Below are positions 1 to 10,369 of a stretch of 64,000 nt of DNA, piece after piece. Made by a program: the position numbers and the translations under genes. Numbering within the stretch: position 1 is the stretch's first letter; every line of letters starts with the position of its first letter. The notes below the pieces were generated by a model. The model did no database searches. It was not told the origin of the DNA and saw only the letters and a list, made by a program, of their open reading frames with translations. Source of the stretch: Oceanispirochaeta sp. (GTDB lineage Bacteria; Spirochaetota; Spirochaetia; DSM-2461); the NCBI GenBank assembly GCA_963663385.2, contig CAXXXD010000002.1, forward strand, positions 768,001-832,000, in the 5' to 3' direction.

Positions 1-573
1 AACGAAGAGGACGGGCATTCTGTCTGCATTATCGGTGTCACCGCCAATGCTTTCCCTCAGGATTTGAAAAAGTACTGGAAGGCCGGGATGAATGACTGCC
101 TGGTAAAGCCGTTTCGTAAACAGGATCTGTTTGACAAGATAAGCCACTGGGAGAAATTCTCCCGCATGAATTGGGGAATACATGAAGAGGGTATACCGAA
201 GATTTCAGAAGAGGACTCCCTGGTGTTTGAACCCCATACCCTTATGAATCGTGTCGATAACGACAGAGAGATGGCCCGTATCCTTCTGGAAGGGTTCCGG
301 GAAGAATCCCGCAAGTCTCTGAAACTGTTTGCGGGGCCTCTGGATGATGTCAGGGAAGATGAGCTTCACAGACATGCCCACTCCATAAAATCCGGGTCCC
401 TGAATATAGGAGCACCGCGCCTGGCAGAAGCGGCGGAAATCCTGGAGCGGGCTGCCAAAAATACATGGCACCACCTTTATCCGGATGCCATTGAAGCGGT
501 TGAAAGGGAGTATGCCAGCTGGCAGGAGAGTGCCGATGCGTGGGAAAACTCCCTTAGATCCATCCCTTCCTGA
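1..573 (+). CDS. Hybrid sensor kinase/response regulator, C-terminal part (REC end + HPt domain); 5' truncated by window edge
   Basis: Frame is open from base 1: ...IIGVTANAFPQDLKKYWKAGMNDCLVKPF (REC C-terminus), then HPt motif LHRHAHSIKSGSLNIGA. Confidence 0.85.
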   Translation, partial: NEEDGHSVCIIGVTANAFPQDLKKYWKAGMNDCLVKPFRKQDLFDKISHWEKFSRMNWGIHEEGIPKISEEDSLVFEPHTLMNRVDNDREMARILLEGFREESRKSLKLFAGPLDDVREDELHRHAHSIKSGSLNIGAPRLAEAAEILERAAKNTWHHLYPDAIEAVEREYASWQESADAWENSLRSIPS

Positions 574-594
574 CAGCTATTAAGCATTAAATGT

Positions 595-656
595 CAAAAT
601 CCTCATAGTTTTTGAAAATATGTCTCATATGCGGCAGAAAGATTCCCGTCCATAAT
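595..656 (+). promoter_or_regulatory. Candidate activator-dependent promoter of the sugar ABC operon (CTCATA direct repeats, CATAAT -10)
   Basis: CTCATA at 602-607 and 624-629 (22 bp period), CATAAT at 651-656, no good -35. Confidence 0.3.
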
Positions 657-728
657 ATATCCAGGACGGCTCCTGAAGGGTTCAACCCTTCTTCGAGACG
701 TACCCAAGATACTAATTGGAGGAAAATA

Positions 729-2030
729 ATGAAAAAAACAGTTATTTTTATGATGACTGTCCTGATGACTTTTTCGTTTGCACTGAGTGCCAACGGTCAG
801 CAGGAAGCAGCAGCTGACGGACCCGTCACTATTGAATTCTGGACCCATGAAGATCCCAATAGAGATGCCATTGAAAACCGTTATGTAGAAGAGTTTATGG
901 CTGCCAACCCCGATGTTACTGTAAACCGCGTAACCCACTCTTCAAAGAAAATCTTCGAACTGGTTCTGACTGCCTTCGCAGCCAACGCCGGTCCCGATAT
1001 TTTCAATATGCAGATTGAACAGGCTTACTCTTATATTATTAATGAAAGAGTTGCCCCCGTGGATTATATGGCTGCCGGGTATATCGATGCTGACGATATG
1101 GTGGATAAATTCATGGAAGGATCTCTGGATTCTGTTATTGTAGACGGCGAAGTCTACGGTATTCCCCTGGAACTGAATAACTGGGCTATTTACCTGAATA
1201 AACGTGTATTCGCCGATGCCGGTCTGGATGCTGAAAAAGACTATCCCAAGACATGGGAAGAAATGGCTGATATCTCTGAAAAACTGGTTCTCCGTGACGG
1301 AGAAATTATCACCCGCCGTGGTTTTGACTTCCGCTATCCCTACTACCTGATTTCCATGATTCCCATGGTGGAACAGCTCGGAGGAAAACTGGTAAGTGAT
1401 GATGGTAAAACCGCAATTATCGGTGATGAAGCCTGGATCCAGTTCCTGACTTTCATGCAGGAATGGGGCCCCAACGGCAGAAACCTCGGTTCTCCCACCT
1501 ATAAAAACGGTAGAAAACTTTTCAATATGGACAATAACGATATGGGTATGTGTATTTCCGGTCTCTACCAGGAAGCCCGTATCCGCAGTGATAATCAGGA
1601 ATTTTACGACAGCGGCGACTGGATGATCATTCCCTTCCCCGTATTCGAAAATGCTGTAAATAACGTAGCAAGCAACTTCTACGGACAGTACTACATGGTT
1701 AATGCCCAGAACTCCGCTCACGAAATAGAGACAGCCTGGGAACTGACCGGTTACATGATGGGTCATGAAGAAGAGTATCTGAAAGCGGTAAATATCATTC
1801 CTCCCTCAAAGAAGCTGATGAACTCCGAGACTTTCAAAAACATGCCTTACTCTGATGTTTTCGTAAACGATCTGGCCAGAGCCCATGTTGTCTATACAGC
1901 AGAGAACGGTGCCAAAATGGAAGAGCTTGTCAAGGAAGCGGTAGAATCCGTAATGCTCACCGGTATTGCTCCGGTTCAGGCTCACGCTACCCTGAAGGCT
2001 AAAGCTCAGGAACTGCTGAACGAGTATTGA
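729..2030 (+). CDS. Carbohydrate ABC transporter substrate-binding protein
   Basis: GGAGG RBS before ATG 729; signal MKKTVIFMM...SANGQQE; GPDIF, VYGIP and PKTWEE motifs of SBP family 1. Confidence 0.9.
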   Translation: MKKTVIFMMTVLMTFSFALSANGQQEAAADGPVTIEFWTHEDPNRDAIENRYVEEFMAANPDVTVNRVTHSSKKIFELVLTAFAANAGPDIFNMQIEQAYSYIINERVAPVDYMAAGYIDADDMVDKFMEGSLDSVIVDGEVYGIPLELNNWAIYLNKRVFADAGLDAEKDYPKTWEEMADISEKLVLRDGEIITRRGFDFRYPYYLISMIPMVEQLGGKLVSDDGKTAIIGDEAWIQFLTFMQEWGPNGRNLGSPTYKNGRKLFNMDNNDMGMCISGLYQEARIRSDNQEFYDSGDWMIIPFPVFENAVNNVASNFYGQYYMVNAQNSAHEIETAWELTGYMMGHEEEYLKAVNIIPPSKKLMNSETFKNMPYSDVFVNDLARAHVVYTAENGAKMEELVKEAVESVMLTGIAPVQAHATLKAKAQELLNEY

Positions 2031-2250
2031 GGTTTCCCTCAACCCTTTCTCGACTCCGCTCGAGAAGCGAGGATTCTTCTTCCAGAGGGAGAAGGGAATT
2101 AAGGACTTTGTAATTATAGAATAACTTATATACCCCTCTCCCTCGATTCCTGAGCGGAGTCGAGGGAGAGGGAATTAAGGGGTGAGGGCCTCAGGGCTGC
2201 CATCTCCCTCTCAATCTCCAGACAAAGTCATAGGGGGGGGAGCGGGGAGA
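2031..2250. repeat. Composite REP-like palindromic element
   Basis: CTCGACTCCGCTCG at 2049-2062; hairpin CCCTCTCCCTCGA...TCGAGGGAGAGGG at 2134-2172 containing GAGCGGAGTCGAG; GGGGTGAGGG tail; related motifs at 13.2, 24.3 and 37.2-37.5 kb. Confidence 0.75.
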
Positions 2251-2283
2251 TTTTATGCACCTCTTACTCTAGGAGATAATTTT

Positions 2284-3195
2284 ATGGGAAAAAAAATCCC
2301 TGTAGGAAAAATTGAAAGAAAACTGGCCCGCTGGGGATTGATCTTTGTCGCCCCTTCCATCGTCTTTTTCTCCATTTTCAGTTTTTATCCAATTTTCATG
2401 GCTTTTTATACAAGCCTTTTCAAGAAGAATCTGCTTTCTCTGAAGAAACCGGATTTTATCGGTTTGATGAACTATAAATACCTGTTTACTTCCGCGGATT
2501 TCTGGAATTCCGTAGAAGCTACCTTTGTATTTGCCCTTGGAACGTTTCTGCCTCTTCTTGTGTTAAGTTTGATGCTGGCAGCTTTTATTATGAATATTCC
2601 CAAGGCCGGACGGTTTTTCCAGATGGCCTATTATACCCCGGCGGTAATCTCGTCTGTAGTTTCCGCGGCCATATGGCTTTTAATCTTTGATCCCCGCGGG
2701 TTGGCTAACCAGTGGGCCAATGCCATTATGCAGACCCCCGGAATTGACCATCACTGGCTGGCAAACAGTATAACTGTCAGGATTTCAACGATGATTGTCT
2801 ACTTCTGGAAGTACATCGGTTACTTCGTGATCATCTTCATTTCCGGACTGGCTTCGATTCCGCCCAGTATGTATGAGGCCGCCAGGATAGACGGCGCTAC
2901 CGGCTGGAATGTTTTCTGGCGTATAACCTTTCCCCTCCTGAGGCCGACGGTTGTACTGGTTTCCATTATGAGTATGCTTCAGTGTCTGAAGACCTTCTCC
3001 ACCCAGTACCTCTTTACCCAGTCCGGAGCCCCGCAGGCGCCTATCAACGTTATCACCCTGAATATCTACAATACGGGTATTCGCGACTTCCGGATCGGCC
3101 GGGCCAGCGCCATGAGTATCATCCTGTTTTCTTTGATGCTCTTTTTTACCTGGCTGCAGTTCAAAGTGTCCAGATCCGACGATGTCAGTTATTAA
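2284..3195 (+). CDS. Carbohydrate ABC transporter permease
   Basis: AGGAG RBS before ATG 2284; TM helices; EAA loop YEAARIDGA. Confidence 0.92.
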   Translation: MGKKIPVGKIERKLARWGLIFVAPSIVFFSIFSFYPIFMAFYTSLFKKNLLSLKKPDFIGLMNYKYLFTSADFWNSVEATFVFALGTFLPLLVLSLMLAAFIMNIPKAGRFFQMAYYTPAVISSVVSAAIWLLIFDPRGLANQWANAIMQTPGIDHHWLANSITVRISTMIVYFWKYIGYFVIIFISGLASIPPSMYEAARIDGATGWNVFWRITFPLLRPTVVLVSIMSMLQCLKTFSTQYLFTQSGAPQAPINVITLNIYNTGIRDFRIGRASAMSIILFSLMLFFTWLQFKVSRSDDVSY

Positions 3196-3207
3196 GGAGG
3201 TCTGATA

Positions 3208-4065
3208 ATGAATAATACTCTTACTTATTTTAAGGAAAAATGGCCTCTTCTTGTAATGTATACCCTTCTCGGGTTGATGGTGCTTTTTACGGTCGCTCCT
3301 CTTCTGTTTATGACAACGGCATCTTTTATGCCTTCCAAAGAGATTGTAAAGATGCCCTATCGCTGGATTCCCAATACCCTGCACTGGCCAAACTTTTATA
3401 AAGCTATTGCCGGGAACGATATGCGTTATATGTTCCCCCGGAATATACTCAACTCTCTGATTGTAGCCATAGCGGTAACTCTGACCACTGTATTCCTGGC
3501 CTGTATGACCGGATACGGACTGGCCAAGTTCAGATTCAAGGGAAGAACAGTTGTCTTTCTTATGATAATGGCAACCATGATGATCCCCTTCGAAGCCATT
3601 ATGATTCCCCTCTATCTGGTTACAACCAAGATGGGTCTTCAGAACAGCTACGGCGGACTGATAATTCCCTTTATGGTAAATGCCTTCGGTGTGTTTATGA
3701 TGCGCCAGTACCTGGTTACATTCCCCGATGAATTCCTGGAGGCGGCCCGGATTGACGGGATGGGAGAGATGCGGATTTTCTGGTCCATCATATTCCCCAA
3801 CAGCGGACCGACCATTGCCACCCTGGCTATCCTGGCTTTCCGTGCCCAGTGGGATAACCTGCTCTGGCCCCTTCTGGTTGTTCAGTCCGAAAAGATGAAG
3901 ACCATACCTCTCTATATTGTTAAATTCACCGCAGAGAAGCATAGTGACGAGGGAGCCATGATGGCTGTAGCCCTTCTGGCCAGCATCCCCATGTTTATCC
4001 TGTTCTTTGCCCTGTCAGAATATTTTGTAGGCGGGTCTGCTGTCTACTCATCAAGGAAGGGGTAA
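3208..4065 (+). CDS. Carbohydrate ABC transporter permease
   Basis: AAGGAGG RBS; EAA loop LEAARIDG; WDNLLWP motif. Confidence 0.92.
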   Translation: MNNTLTYFKEKWPLLVMYTLLGLMVLFTVAPLLFMTTASFMPSKEIVKMPYRWIPNTLHWPNFYKAIAGNDMRYMFPRNILNSLIVAIAVTLTTVFLACMTGYGLAKFRFKGRTVVFLMIMATMMIPFEAIMIPLYLVTTKMGLQNSYGGLIIPFMVNAFGVFMMRQYLVTFPDEFLEAARIDGMGEMRIFWSIIFPNSGPTIATLAILAFRAQWDNLLWPLLVVQSEKMKTIPLYIVKFTAEKHSDEGAMMAVALLASIPMFILFFALSEYFVGGSAVYSSRKG

Positions 4066-4631
4066 TGCTCTATATCTTTGATATGGGTGGAGTTCTCCTT
4101 CACGGTGTTTTCGAGCTGAAAACCATTCTGGAAAACGCGGGGCATCACCTGGATCTGATGAATCTCTACCGGGATGACCTGATGGATAAACTGTCTGCCG
4201 GTCTGATTGAAGAGGATGCTTACTGGAAGGAATTCAATGCCCGTTACGGAACGGATATTGCCAGCCCTCAATGGGGGAGGCAGTTTAATCCGGAGGTCGA
4301 TCCGGAAATGATCGCCCTGATTAAAGAGCTGAAAAAGAATAACCGTGTGATCTGTGGAACCAATACCATAGAGGCTCACTGGCAGTTCAGTCAGGACAGG
4401 GGCGATTATAAGGTCTTTGATAAGGTTTATGCTTCTCATCTTATGGGTGTAGCCAAACCGGATGCGCGCTTCTGGGAGACTATCCTGGAGGAAGAGGGTG
4501 CAAAACCTGAAGAGGCTGTCTTTATTGATGATTTTCACGACAATGTCGATGCTGCCGCATCACTGGGGATCCGGAGTATTCTTTACAGCAATATCAATGC
4601 TCTGCGGGAGGAACTGACCCTTTCTGTTTGA
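4065..4631 (+). CDS. HAD-family phosphatase (YihX-like sugar-phosphate phosphatase)
   Basis: Motif I IFDMGGVL, KP motif, motif IV FIDD; TAATG coupling to the permease. Confidence 0.85.
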   Translation: MLYIFDMGGVLLHGVFELKTILENAGHHLDLMNLYRDDLMDKLSAGLIEEDAYWKEFNARYGTDIASPQWGRQFNPEVDPEMIALIKELKKNNRVICGTNTIEAHWQFSQDRGDYKVFDKVYASHLMGVAKPDARFWETILEEEGAKPEEAVFIDDFHDNVDAAASLGIRSILYSNINALREELTLSV

Positions 4632-5379
4632 GTCCGTTCTGGTACTGATTGGGGGTCACCCCGATGTACTTCCGGAACTGACCGCTGAAATAACTCATAT
4701 CCCGGAATCCTGTCATACGGGCAATCTCATTAATTCTGAGGCTCTGGTCCTGCATAAGTTCCAGAGCCTTTTTCAGTCTCAGATTCCTCAGGTACTCCAG
4801 GAAGGAGTAGTTTGTTTTGGAACGGAACAGACGGGACAGGTAACTTTCTGTAATTCCTATGTTTCCGGCGGCATCGGACAGGGATATATCGCTTGTGTAA
4901 TTCTGCTCAATAAAATCAATTGTCCGGTTTACATAGAAATCCTGCTTGTCCCCTTCGGGCGGCTTTATATACTCCCTGAAAGGGGAGGGGGACGGTCCGG
5001 CGGATGATTTCTGCTGTTTCAGCAGGGCCGAGACTTTTTTAAGAGCAGCATAGAACTCATCATCATCCACAGGTTTTGTTATGTAGTCTTTCACACCCAG
5101 CCGGATAGCTTGTCTGGCGTAGCTGAAGTCGCTGTAACCGGTAAGGATAAGAGCCGCCGGCGGGGGAGCGTTTTTCAGCATGTTTATACCGTCCTGCCCC
5201 GGCATCCTGATATCGGTAACGACCAGGTCCGGTTTAAGATTCCTGATCATCTCTTCTCCTTCCAGACCGTTTTCCGCCGAACCGATCACTTCGCAGTCAA
5301 AATCCTCCCAGGGCGTTGTCAGAAGAATTTCATCACGCACAAGTTTCTCATCTTCCACAACAAGAACCTTAATCCTCAT
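4594..5379 (-). CDS. Two-component response regulator, REC + AraC HTH (YesN-like)
   Basis: VVEDE, DLVVTDIRMP and KP in REC; YLSRLF...GFRDMSYFSGQFRKYIGVTP in AraC domain. Confidence 0.92.
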   Translation of the reverse strand: MRIKVLVVEDEKLVRDEILLTTPWEDFDCEVIGSAENGLEGEEMIRNLKPDLVVTDIRMPGQDGINMLKNAPPPAALILTGYSDFSYARQAIRLGVKDYITKPVDDDEFYAALKKVSALLKQQKSSAGPSPSPFREYIKPPEGDKQDFYVNRTIDFIEQNYTSDISLSDAAGNIGITESYLSRLFRSKTNYSFLEYLRNLRLKKALELMQDQSLRINEIARMTGFRDMSYFSGQFRKYIGVTPNQYQNGLKQKGSVPPAEH

Positions 5380-7084
5380 CTGTATCCTCCTCCAGCGGGG
5401 TCCACCGGATTCGTATTATAGTCATCCCTCCCTGACTCGTATAGGAGAGTCCGGCCCCATCTCCGTAAAAGAGTTTCAGCCTTCTGTTAACATTGGATAA
5501 TCCTATTCCCTTTTCTCCGTTTAATGCTTTCTGCCAGATCTTCCTGTTCAGGCTGTTCCCATTGTCGGCTATCTCAATACAGGGGGGATTACAGCTGCCG
5601 GTAATATGGATCCATCTCTCACCTGTCAGATTTTCCAGGCCGTGGATTACGGAATTCTCAACAACCGGTTGAAGAATCAGCCGCGGGATGGATTGCTCCA
5701 AAAGCTCATCCTCTATTTCTATGGACCAGTTGAAGTTCTCTCCGTAGCGGATTTTCTGGATCTGCAGGTATCCCTCCACCAGATCTATACTGTCCCTCAC
5801 TCTGCCCAGCTCTTCTCCCGAATCCATGGCGTTTCTGAGCAGTTTTCCCAGTTGTGTTATAATCAGGGTAATATCGTCCACTCCATGGAGCTTGGACAGG
5901 GCCTTTACCGTATTCAGCGTATTATAAAGAAAGTGGGGATTTATCTGGGATTGAAGAGCCTGGCGCTCTGCTGTCCGAAGGGCTTTCTCCCTCTCTACTC
6001 GCATCTCCAGAAGGGAGTGAATCTGCAGGGCCATATCGTTGAAACCGTGTATCAGGATATCAAATTCGTCTCCATTCGTTTCATCCATTCGAACAGTCAG
6101 GTCTCCCTCTTCCATTTTCTTCATGGCTTCCACCAATCCGGTCAGGGGCTGTGTTATTGTCCTGGCCAGACTCATCGCCATCAGGGAGGCGAGGATTAAA
6201 CCCGCTAAGGAGATAGCCAGTATGATCCGTATCAGTATTCCGATATTCGTCGTTACAGTTCCCAGTGTCAGGGTCCCCACAAGGGTAAGCTCTTCCGGAT
6301 AGAGGGTTTTATAGGCGACCAGAGTCTCTCCGGATATAAGAACTCCCGATTCCCCGGAGGGCACACGCCAGTCCAGGCCCGAAAAGTTTCCCGATTCATC
6401 CTCTCTGAAGAGATTTACAAATTTATAGGTGATATTATCCAGAAGGTAGATATCCGTAAAAAATCCCGCATTGATCAGCCTCATCTCGTCCGCCAGAGCC
6501 TGTGCATTCAGGTCGTAAATCAGATAGGCCGATTGATTTTCAGACGTCAGCAGATGGAAGAGGGACAGCGCTACCGTATCTCCCGCCGGATTGATGAAAC
6601 TGTCCACTATGGGGAAGGAGGTTCTGGATCTTTTCAATGCCGCATAGGTGCTGAGAGAAGGATCGGAGGAGTTGGGGTTGAAAATATCCGGAACCACGTG
6701 GGTTGAAAACAGGCGGGTTCCCTTTTGGTGAACAAGGTGTATGGAGGCATCTTCTATCCCTCCTGTGAGTTCCTTATATATTGTCGTGTAAAGCTTTGAA
6801 AGCTCCATCTTGTCAGGATAGTCCTCAGAGAACAGGACATCCCGTATGCCGGGGGTTTTTGACAGCTGTAAAGCCGATTCCCGGTAGTGATTGATGGTCA
6901 GATTCATCCTTGAACCCAAAAGTTCCATCCGGCCGTCCGATTGATCGCTGTATGTTGACTGGACCATACGGTTGGAGAACAGGATGGTGATTGTTCCCAG
7001 AAGAAGAACCTGAATCAAACCGCTGAGCAGTAAAGAGAGGAAAATCTTTGTCAGGAAGCGGCGGGGCAGAAAGCGGTATCTCAT
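5369..7084 (-). CDS. Sensor histidine kinase, YesM/LytS-type with HAMP
   Basis: LQSQINPHFLYNTL H-box, LQPVVENSVIHG, GIGLSNV; two TM segments; start placed at MRYRFL (7084). Confidence 0.9.
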   Translation of the reverse strand: MRYRFLPRRFLTKIFLSLLLSGLIQVLLLGTITILFSNRMVQSTYSDQSDGRMELLGSRMNLTINHYRESALQLSKTPGIRDVLFSEDYPDKMELSKLYTTIYKELTGGIEDASIHLVHQKGTRLFSTHVVPDIFNPNSSDPSLSTYAALKRSRTSFPIVDSFINPAGDTVALSLFHLLTSENQSAYLIYDLNAQALADEMRLINAGFFTDIYLLDNITYKFVNLFREDESGNFSGLDWRVPSGESGVLISGETLVAYKTLYPEELTLVGTLTLGTVTTNIGILIRIILAISLAGLILASLMAMSLARTITQPLTGLVEAMKKMEEGDLTVRMDETNGDEFDILIHGFNDMALQIHSLLEMRVEREKALRTAERQALQSQINPHFLYNTLNTVKALSKLHGVDDITLIITQLGKLLRNAMDSGEELGRVRDSIDLVEGYLQIQKIRYGENFNWSIEIEDELLEQSIPRLILQPVVENSVIHGLENLTGERWIHITGSCNPPCIEIADNGNSLNRKIWQKALNGEKGIGLSNVNRRLKLFYGDGAGLSYTSQGGMTIIRIRWTPLEEDTDED

Positions 7085-7321
7085 TACAGTCCATTGTACT
7101 TTATCTGCAGGATTTCCGGAAGAAGCGGGTAATAACTGCTTCGCGGATACTGCTGGCATATTTTTTTTATGGTCTGTTTTTCCGGGAATCCTCCGGGAAT
7201 TATACAAAAGAGTATTCGTATTTATTTTTAGAGTGTACAGCAGAAACCGGGCTCTCAGAGCCTGAGAGGTCTGAAGGTACTTGTTAACTAATAACTGTTT
7301 ACAATGACTTTCTGCTTATTA

Positions 7322-7346
7322 TTGACAAAAGGAATAATAATGTCAA
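7322..7346. promoter_or_regulatory. Palindrome TTGACA-N13-TGTCAA (candidate operator; right arm may also be the -35 of a minus-strand promoter)
   Basis: Same TGACA-N13-TGTCA core at 17999 and 33802. Confidence 0.5.
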
Positions 7347-7646
7347 AAACGTAGGAAAATCCTTATTATTTGCATAATTATACATTTAAATTGGATTATT
7401 ATACATTTTCCGAAACAACCAAATTGTAATATACAGCGTCGAAAAATTACATCCCCGTATTTTTTTTGTTGATTAATAAAGAAGTTCCGGACTAAAATAT
7501 TTCACTATACTTTTTCTTAATTAATCCTAAGTAACTATATCGAAAAGGGTTCCGGATGATCGCTCTTTCAGGTAGAAACATCTATGGTATGGTTCTTGCA
7601 TTATATTGGGAAAACTATAACTACATTTTTTATCTAAGGGGATAGT

Positions 7647-9272
7647 ATGAAGAAAATTCTTACAGTAAGCCTTATTCTATTGATGGCTTTGTCATTTACC
7701 GCTTTGTTTGCCGGCGGAGGACAGGAAGCTCCCGCTTCATCTGGCAGTGATGCACCCGCTGCTGAAAAAGACAGCAGATTCGGAGGCGTGCTTGTTTTCG
7801 CCCGTTCCGGTGATTCTGTCGGCCTCGATCCCGGTCGGGAAACCGACGGAGAATCTTTTTACGGAAGTACGCAGGTTTATGATACTCTGGTAGAGTTCGA
7901 ACCCGGAAAAACTTCTATACGGCCCGCTCTGGCTGAAAGCTGGACTTTTTCCGATGACGGACTGTCTGCCACCTTCAAATTGAGAAAAGGCGTCAAATTC
8001 CACGACGGAACCGATTTTAATGCGGATGCTGTTGTGTTCTCTTTTGAAAGACAGTTTAAAGAAGATCATCCCTTCTACGAAAACGGTCCCTGGAAATACT
8101 GGGGATATATGGGAATGAGCGATATTGTTGACGATGTAATTGCGGTTGACGATTACACTGTCACCTTCAAGCTGAAAGTCGTTGAGGCTCCCTTTATTGC
8201 CAACCTGGCCATGGATTTTGCCGCCATTGTTTCTCCCGCAGCAGCTGAAAAATACGGTGCTGATCTGGCTAACCATCCTGTAGGTACAGGCCCCTTTAAA
8301 TTCGTATCCTGGATTAAGGACGACAGCATTGTTTTTGAAAGAAACCCCGACTACTGGGGCGGAGATGTTTACCTGGACCGTCTGATTCTGAAAGTTATCC
8401 CCGATGCGACAGCACGCTGGCTGGCTCTTCAGAAAGGCGAAGTGGATGTCATTGACTTTCCTTCTCCCGAAGATCTGGATGAGATGAAGGCAACTGCCGG
8501 AATCAAAGTCATTCAGCAGGAAGGCCTCAACGTAGGTTACCTGGCTCTGAATAATGAAAAGGCGCCCTATGACAACGTACTGGTTCGTCAGGCCATGAAC
8601 TACGCCATCGACCGCGAAGAAATCGTAGCCGGTGTTTACGGCGCTGCCGGAAAACCTGCCAAGAACCCCCTGCCTCCCACCATGTGGTCCTACAATGACA
8701 GCATTGAAGCTTATCCCTACGATCCAGCCAAGGCCAGAGCCCTGTTGGCCGAAGCCGGTTATGCGGACGGTTTTAAAACCGAGATCTGGGCCATGCCCGT
8801 TGCAAGACCTTACAATCCCAATGGGAAAAAGGTGGCGGAAATTATGCAGGCTCAGCTGGCCAAAGTCGGAATCGAAGTGGAAATCGTATCCTACGAGTGG
8901 GGTACATACCTGGATAAATGCGATTACGGTGAACATCAGGCCGCCATGCTCGGTTGGACCGGTGATAATGGCGACCCAGACAACTTCCTGTGGGTTCTGC
9001 TTTCCAAGCAGGCTGCCGAAAAACCCGCCGGAAACATTGCTTTCTGGAAGAACGATGAGTTCACCAGCCTGATTGCGGAAGCCAAACAGGAAATGGATGT
9101 TGCCAAACGGACCGAACTGTACGAAAAAGCGCAGGTTGTGTTCCATGATGACGCTCCCTGGGTACCCATCGCCCACTCCGTTGTTTCCGAACCTATGAAA
9201 GAATCCGTACAGGATTTTTATCTCTACCCCACCGGAAAACGGGTCTTTGCCAAGGTATGGCTTAAGAAATAA
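7647..9272 (+). CDS. dppA: Dipeptide/oligopeptide ABC transporter substrate-binding protein
   Basis: SBP family 5: LAESW, FKLRKGVKFHDG, PVGTGPF, RPYNPNG, GWTGDNGDPDNF (DppA-like). Confidence 0.9.
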   Translation: MKKILTVSLILLMALSFTALFAGGGQEAPASSGSDAPAAEKDSRFGGVLVFARSGDSVGLDPGRETDGESFYGSTQVYDTLVEFEPGKTSIRPALAESWTFSDDGLSATFKLRKGVKFHDGTDFNADAVVFSFERQFKEDHPFYENGPWKYWGYMGMSDIVDDVIAVDDYTVTFKLKVVEAPFIANLAMDFAAIVSPAAAEKYGADLANHPVGTGPFKFVSWIKDDSIVFERNPDYWGGDVYLDRLILKVIPDATARWLALQKGEVDVIDFPSPEDLDEMKATAGIKVIQQEGLNVGYLALNNEKAPYDNVLVRQAMNYAIDREEIVAGVYGAAGKPAKNPLPPTMWSYNDSIEAYPYDPAKARALLAEAGYADGFKTEIWAMPVARPYNPNGKKVAEIMQAQLAKVGIEVEIVSYEWGTYLDKCDYGEHQAAMLGWTGDNGDPDNFLWVLLSKQAAEKPAGNIAFWKNDEFTSLIAEAKQEMDVAKRTELYEKAQVVFHDDAPWVPIAHSVVSEPMKESVQDFYLYPTGKRVFAKVWLKK

Positions 9273-9289
9273 GTCTACGGACTGGCAAT

Positions 9290-9322
9290 AGCCCTCCGGA
9301 ACCAGTTTCCGGAGGGCTTTTC
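9290..9322 (+). terminator. Stem-loop after dppA (partial terminator or mRNA stabiliser)
   Basis: AGCCCTCCGGAA-CCAGT-TTCCGGAGGGCT followed by a short T run. Confidence 0.7.
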
Positions 9323-9340
9323 CCCATTACAGAAGGTATT

Positions 9341-10354
9341 ATGATACGATTTATACTAAAACGTCTTTCCATGCTGCTCCCGACCCTTTTCGGGGTAGTT
9401 ACCCTTGTCTTTTTTATGATTGCTCTGGCTCCGGGAGATCCGGCGCGGGTTATGCTGGGGGAACGGGCCAGCAAAGAGAAAATTGAAAAACTGCGGGCTG
9501 ATCTGGGTTTGGATAAACCCCTGACACAGCAGTATGCCCTTTATCTGAAACGGGTGGTACACCTGGATTTCGGAAAATCCATTAAATCCGGTCAGCGGGT
9601 TATGGATGAAATAAAAGAACGCTTCCCTGCAACGGTGGAACTGGCTATCTGTGCCATGATTTTTGCCTCGGTCCTTGGAATCTGGATAGGCGTTCTTTCC
9701 GCAACAAAGAAAAATACCTGGATCGATTATACTTCCATGGTGGGGGCCCTCTTCGGGGTTTCCATGCCGGTTTTCTGGCTGGCTCTGGTCATGATTATGA
9801 TCTTTTCAGTTAATCTGAATATGTTCCCCACCGGGGGGCGTATGAATATCCGCTACTATTTTACGCCGGAAACAAATTTTTACCTGATCGATACGTTCAA
9901 ATATCTCTTTCAGGGGCATCCGGAATATTTCCTGTCTGCCCTGCATCACCTGATCATGCCTTCTGTAGCACTTGGGACAATTCCGCTGGCCATTATTGCC
10001 CGGACGACACGGAGCAGCATGCTGGAGGTTCTGAAACAGGACTATGTTAAAACCGTCCGTTCCGCGGGAATAAAGGAAAAACGGGTCATCTACCGCTATG
10101 CTCTGAGAAATGCCCTGCTGCCGGTTATAACAGTTATCGGTCTGCAATTCGGTCTGTTACTGGCCGGAGCCATACTGACGGAAACCATTTTTGCCTGGCC
10201 GGGGATCGGCAAATGGATTTATCAGGCTATTGAAGCCCGGGACTACCCCGCCGTTCAGGGAGGTATAATCATTATCTCCACCACTTTTGTCCTGATCAAT
10301 CTGGTAGTGGATATTCTCTATTCCGTTATTAATCCCAAGATCAGACTGCAGTAG
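9341..10354 (+). CDS. dppB: Peptide ABC transporter permease
   Basis: PGDPA, GLDKPL, RSSMLEVL, LRNALLPV motifs. Confidence 0.9.
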   Translation: MIRFILKRLSMLLPTLFGVVTLVFFMIALAPGDPARVMLGERASKEKIEKLRADLGLDKPLTQQYALYLKRVVHLDFGKSIKSGQRVMDEIKERFPATVELAICAMIFASVLGIWIGVLSATKKNTWIDYTSMVGALFGVSMPVFWLALVMIMIFSVNLNMFPTGGRMNIRYYFTPETNFYLIDTFKYLFQGHPEYFLSALHHLIMPSVALGTIPLAIIARTTRSSMLEVLKQDYVKTVRSAGIKEKRVIYRYALRNALLPVITVIGLQFGLLLAGAILTETIFAWPGIGKWIYQAIEARDYPAVQGGIIIISTTFVLINLVVDILYSVINPKIRLQ

Positions 10355-10369
10355 AAAGGAAAAAGCATT

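Noticed and set aside
571..596. Fourth copy of the TGACA...TGTCA palindrome
   Set aside because: The spacer is 16 nt rather than 13, and the left arm overlaps a stop codon
621..700. Riboswitch-like three-stem structure upstream of the sugar SBP
   Set aside because: Short stems exist, but they match no riboswitch consensus I recognise and the probable -10 box lies inside them
7737..9176. Long antisense ORFs (e.g. 7737..9176, 2785..3942, 10157..11296, 48245..49189)
   Set aside because: Shadow frames opposite well-supported genes, with no motifs
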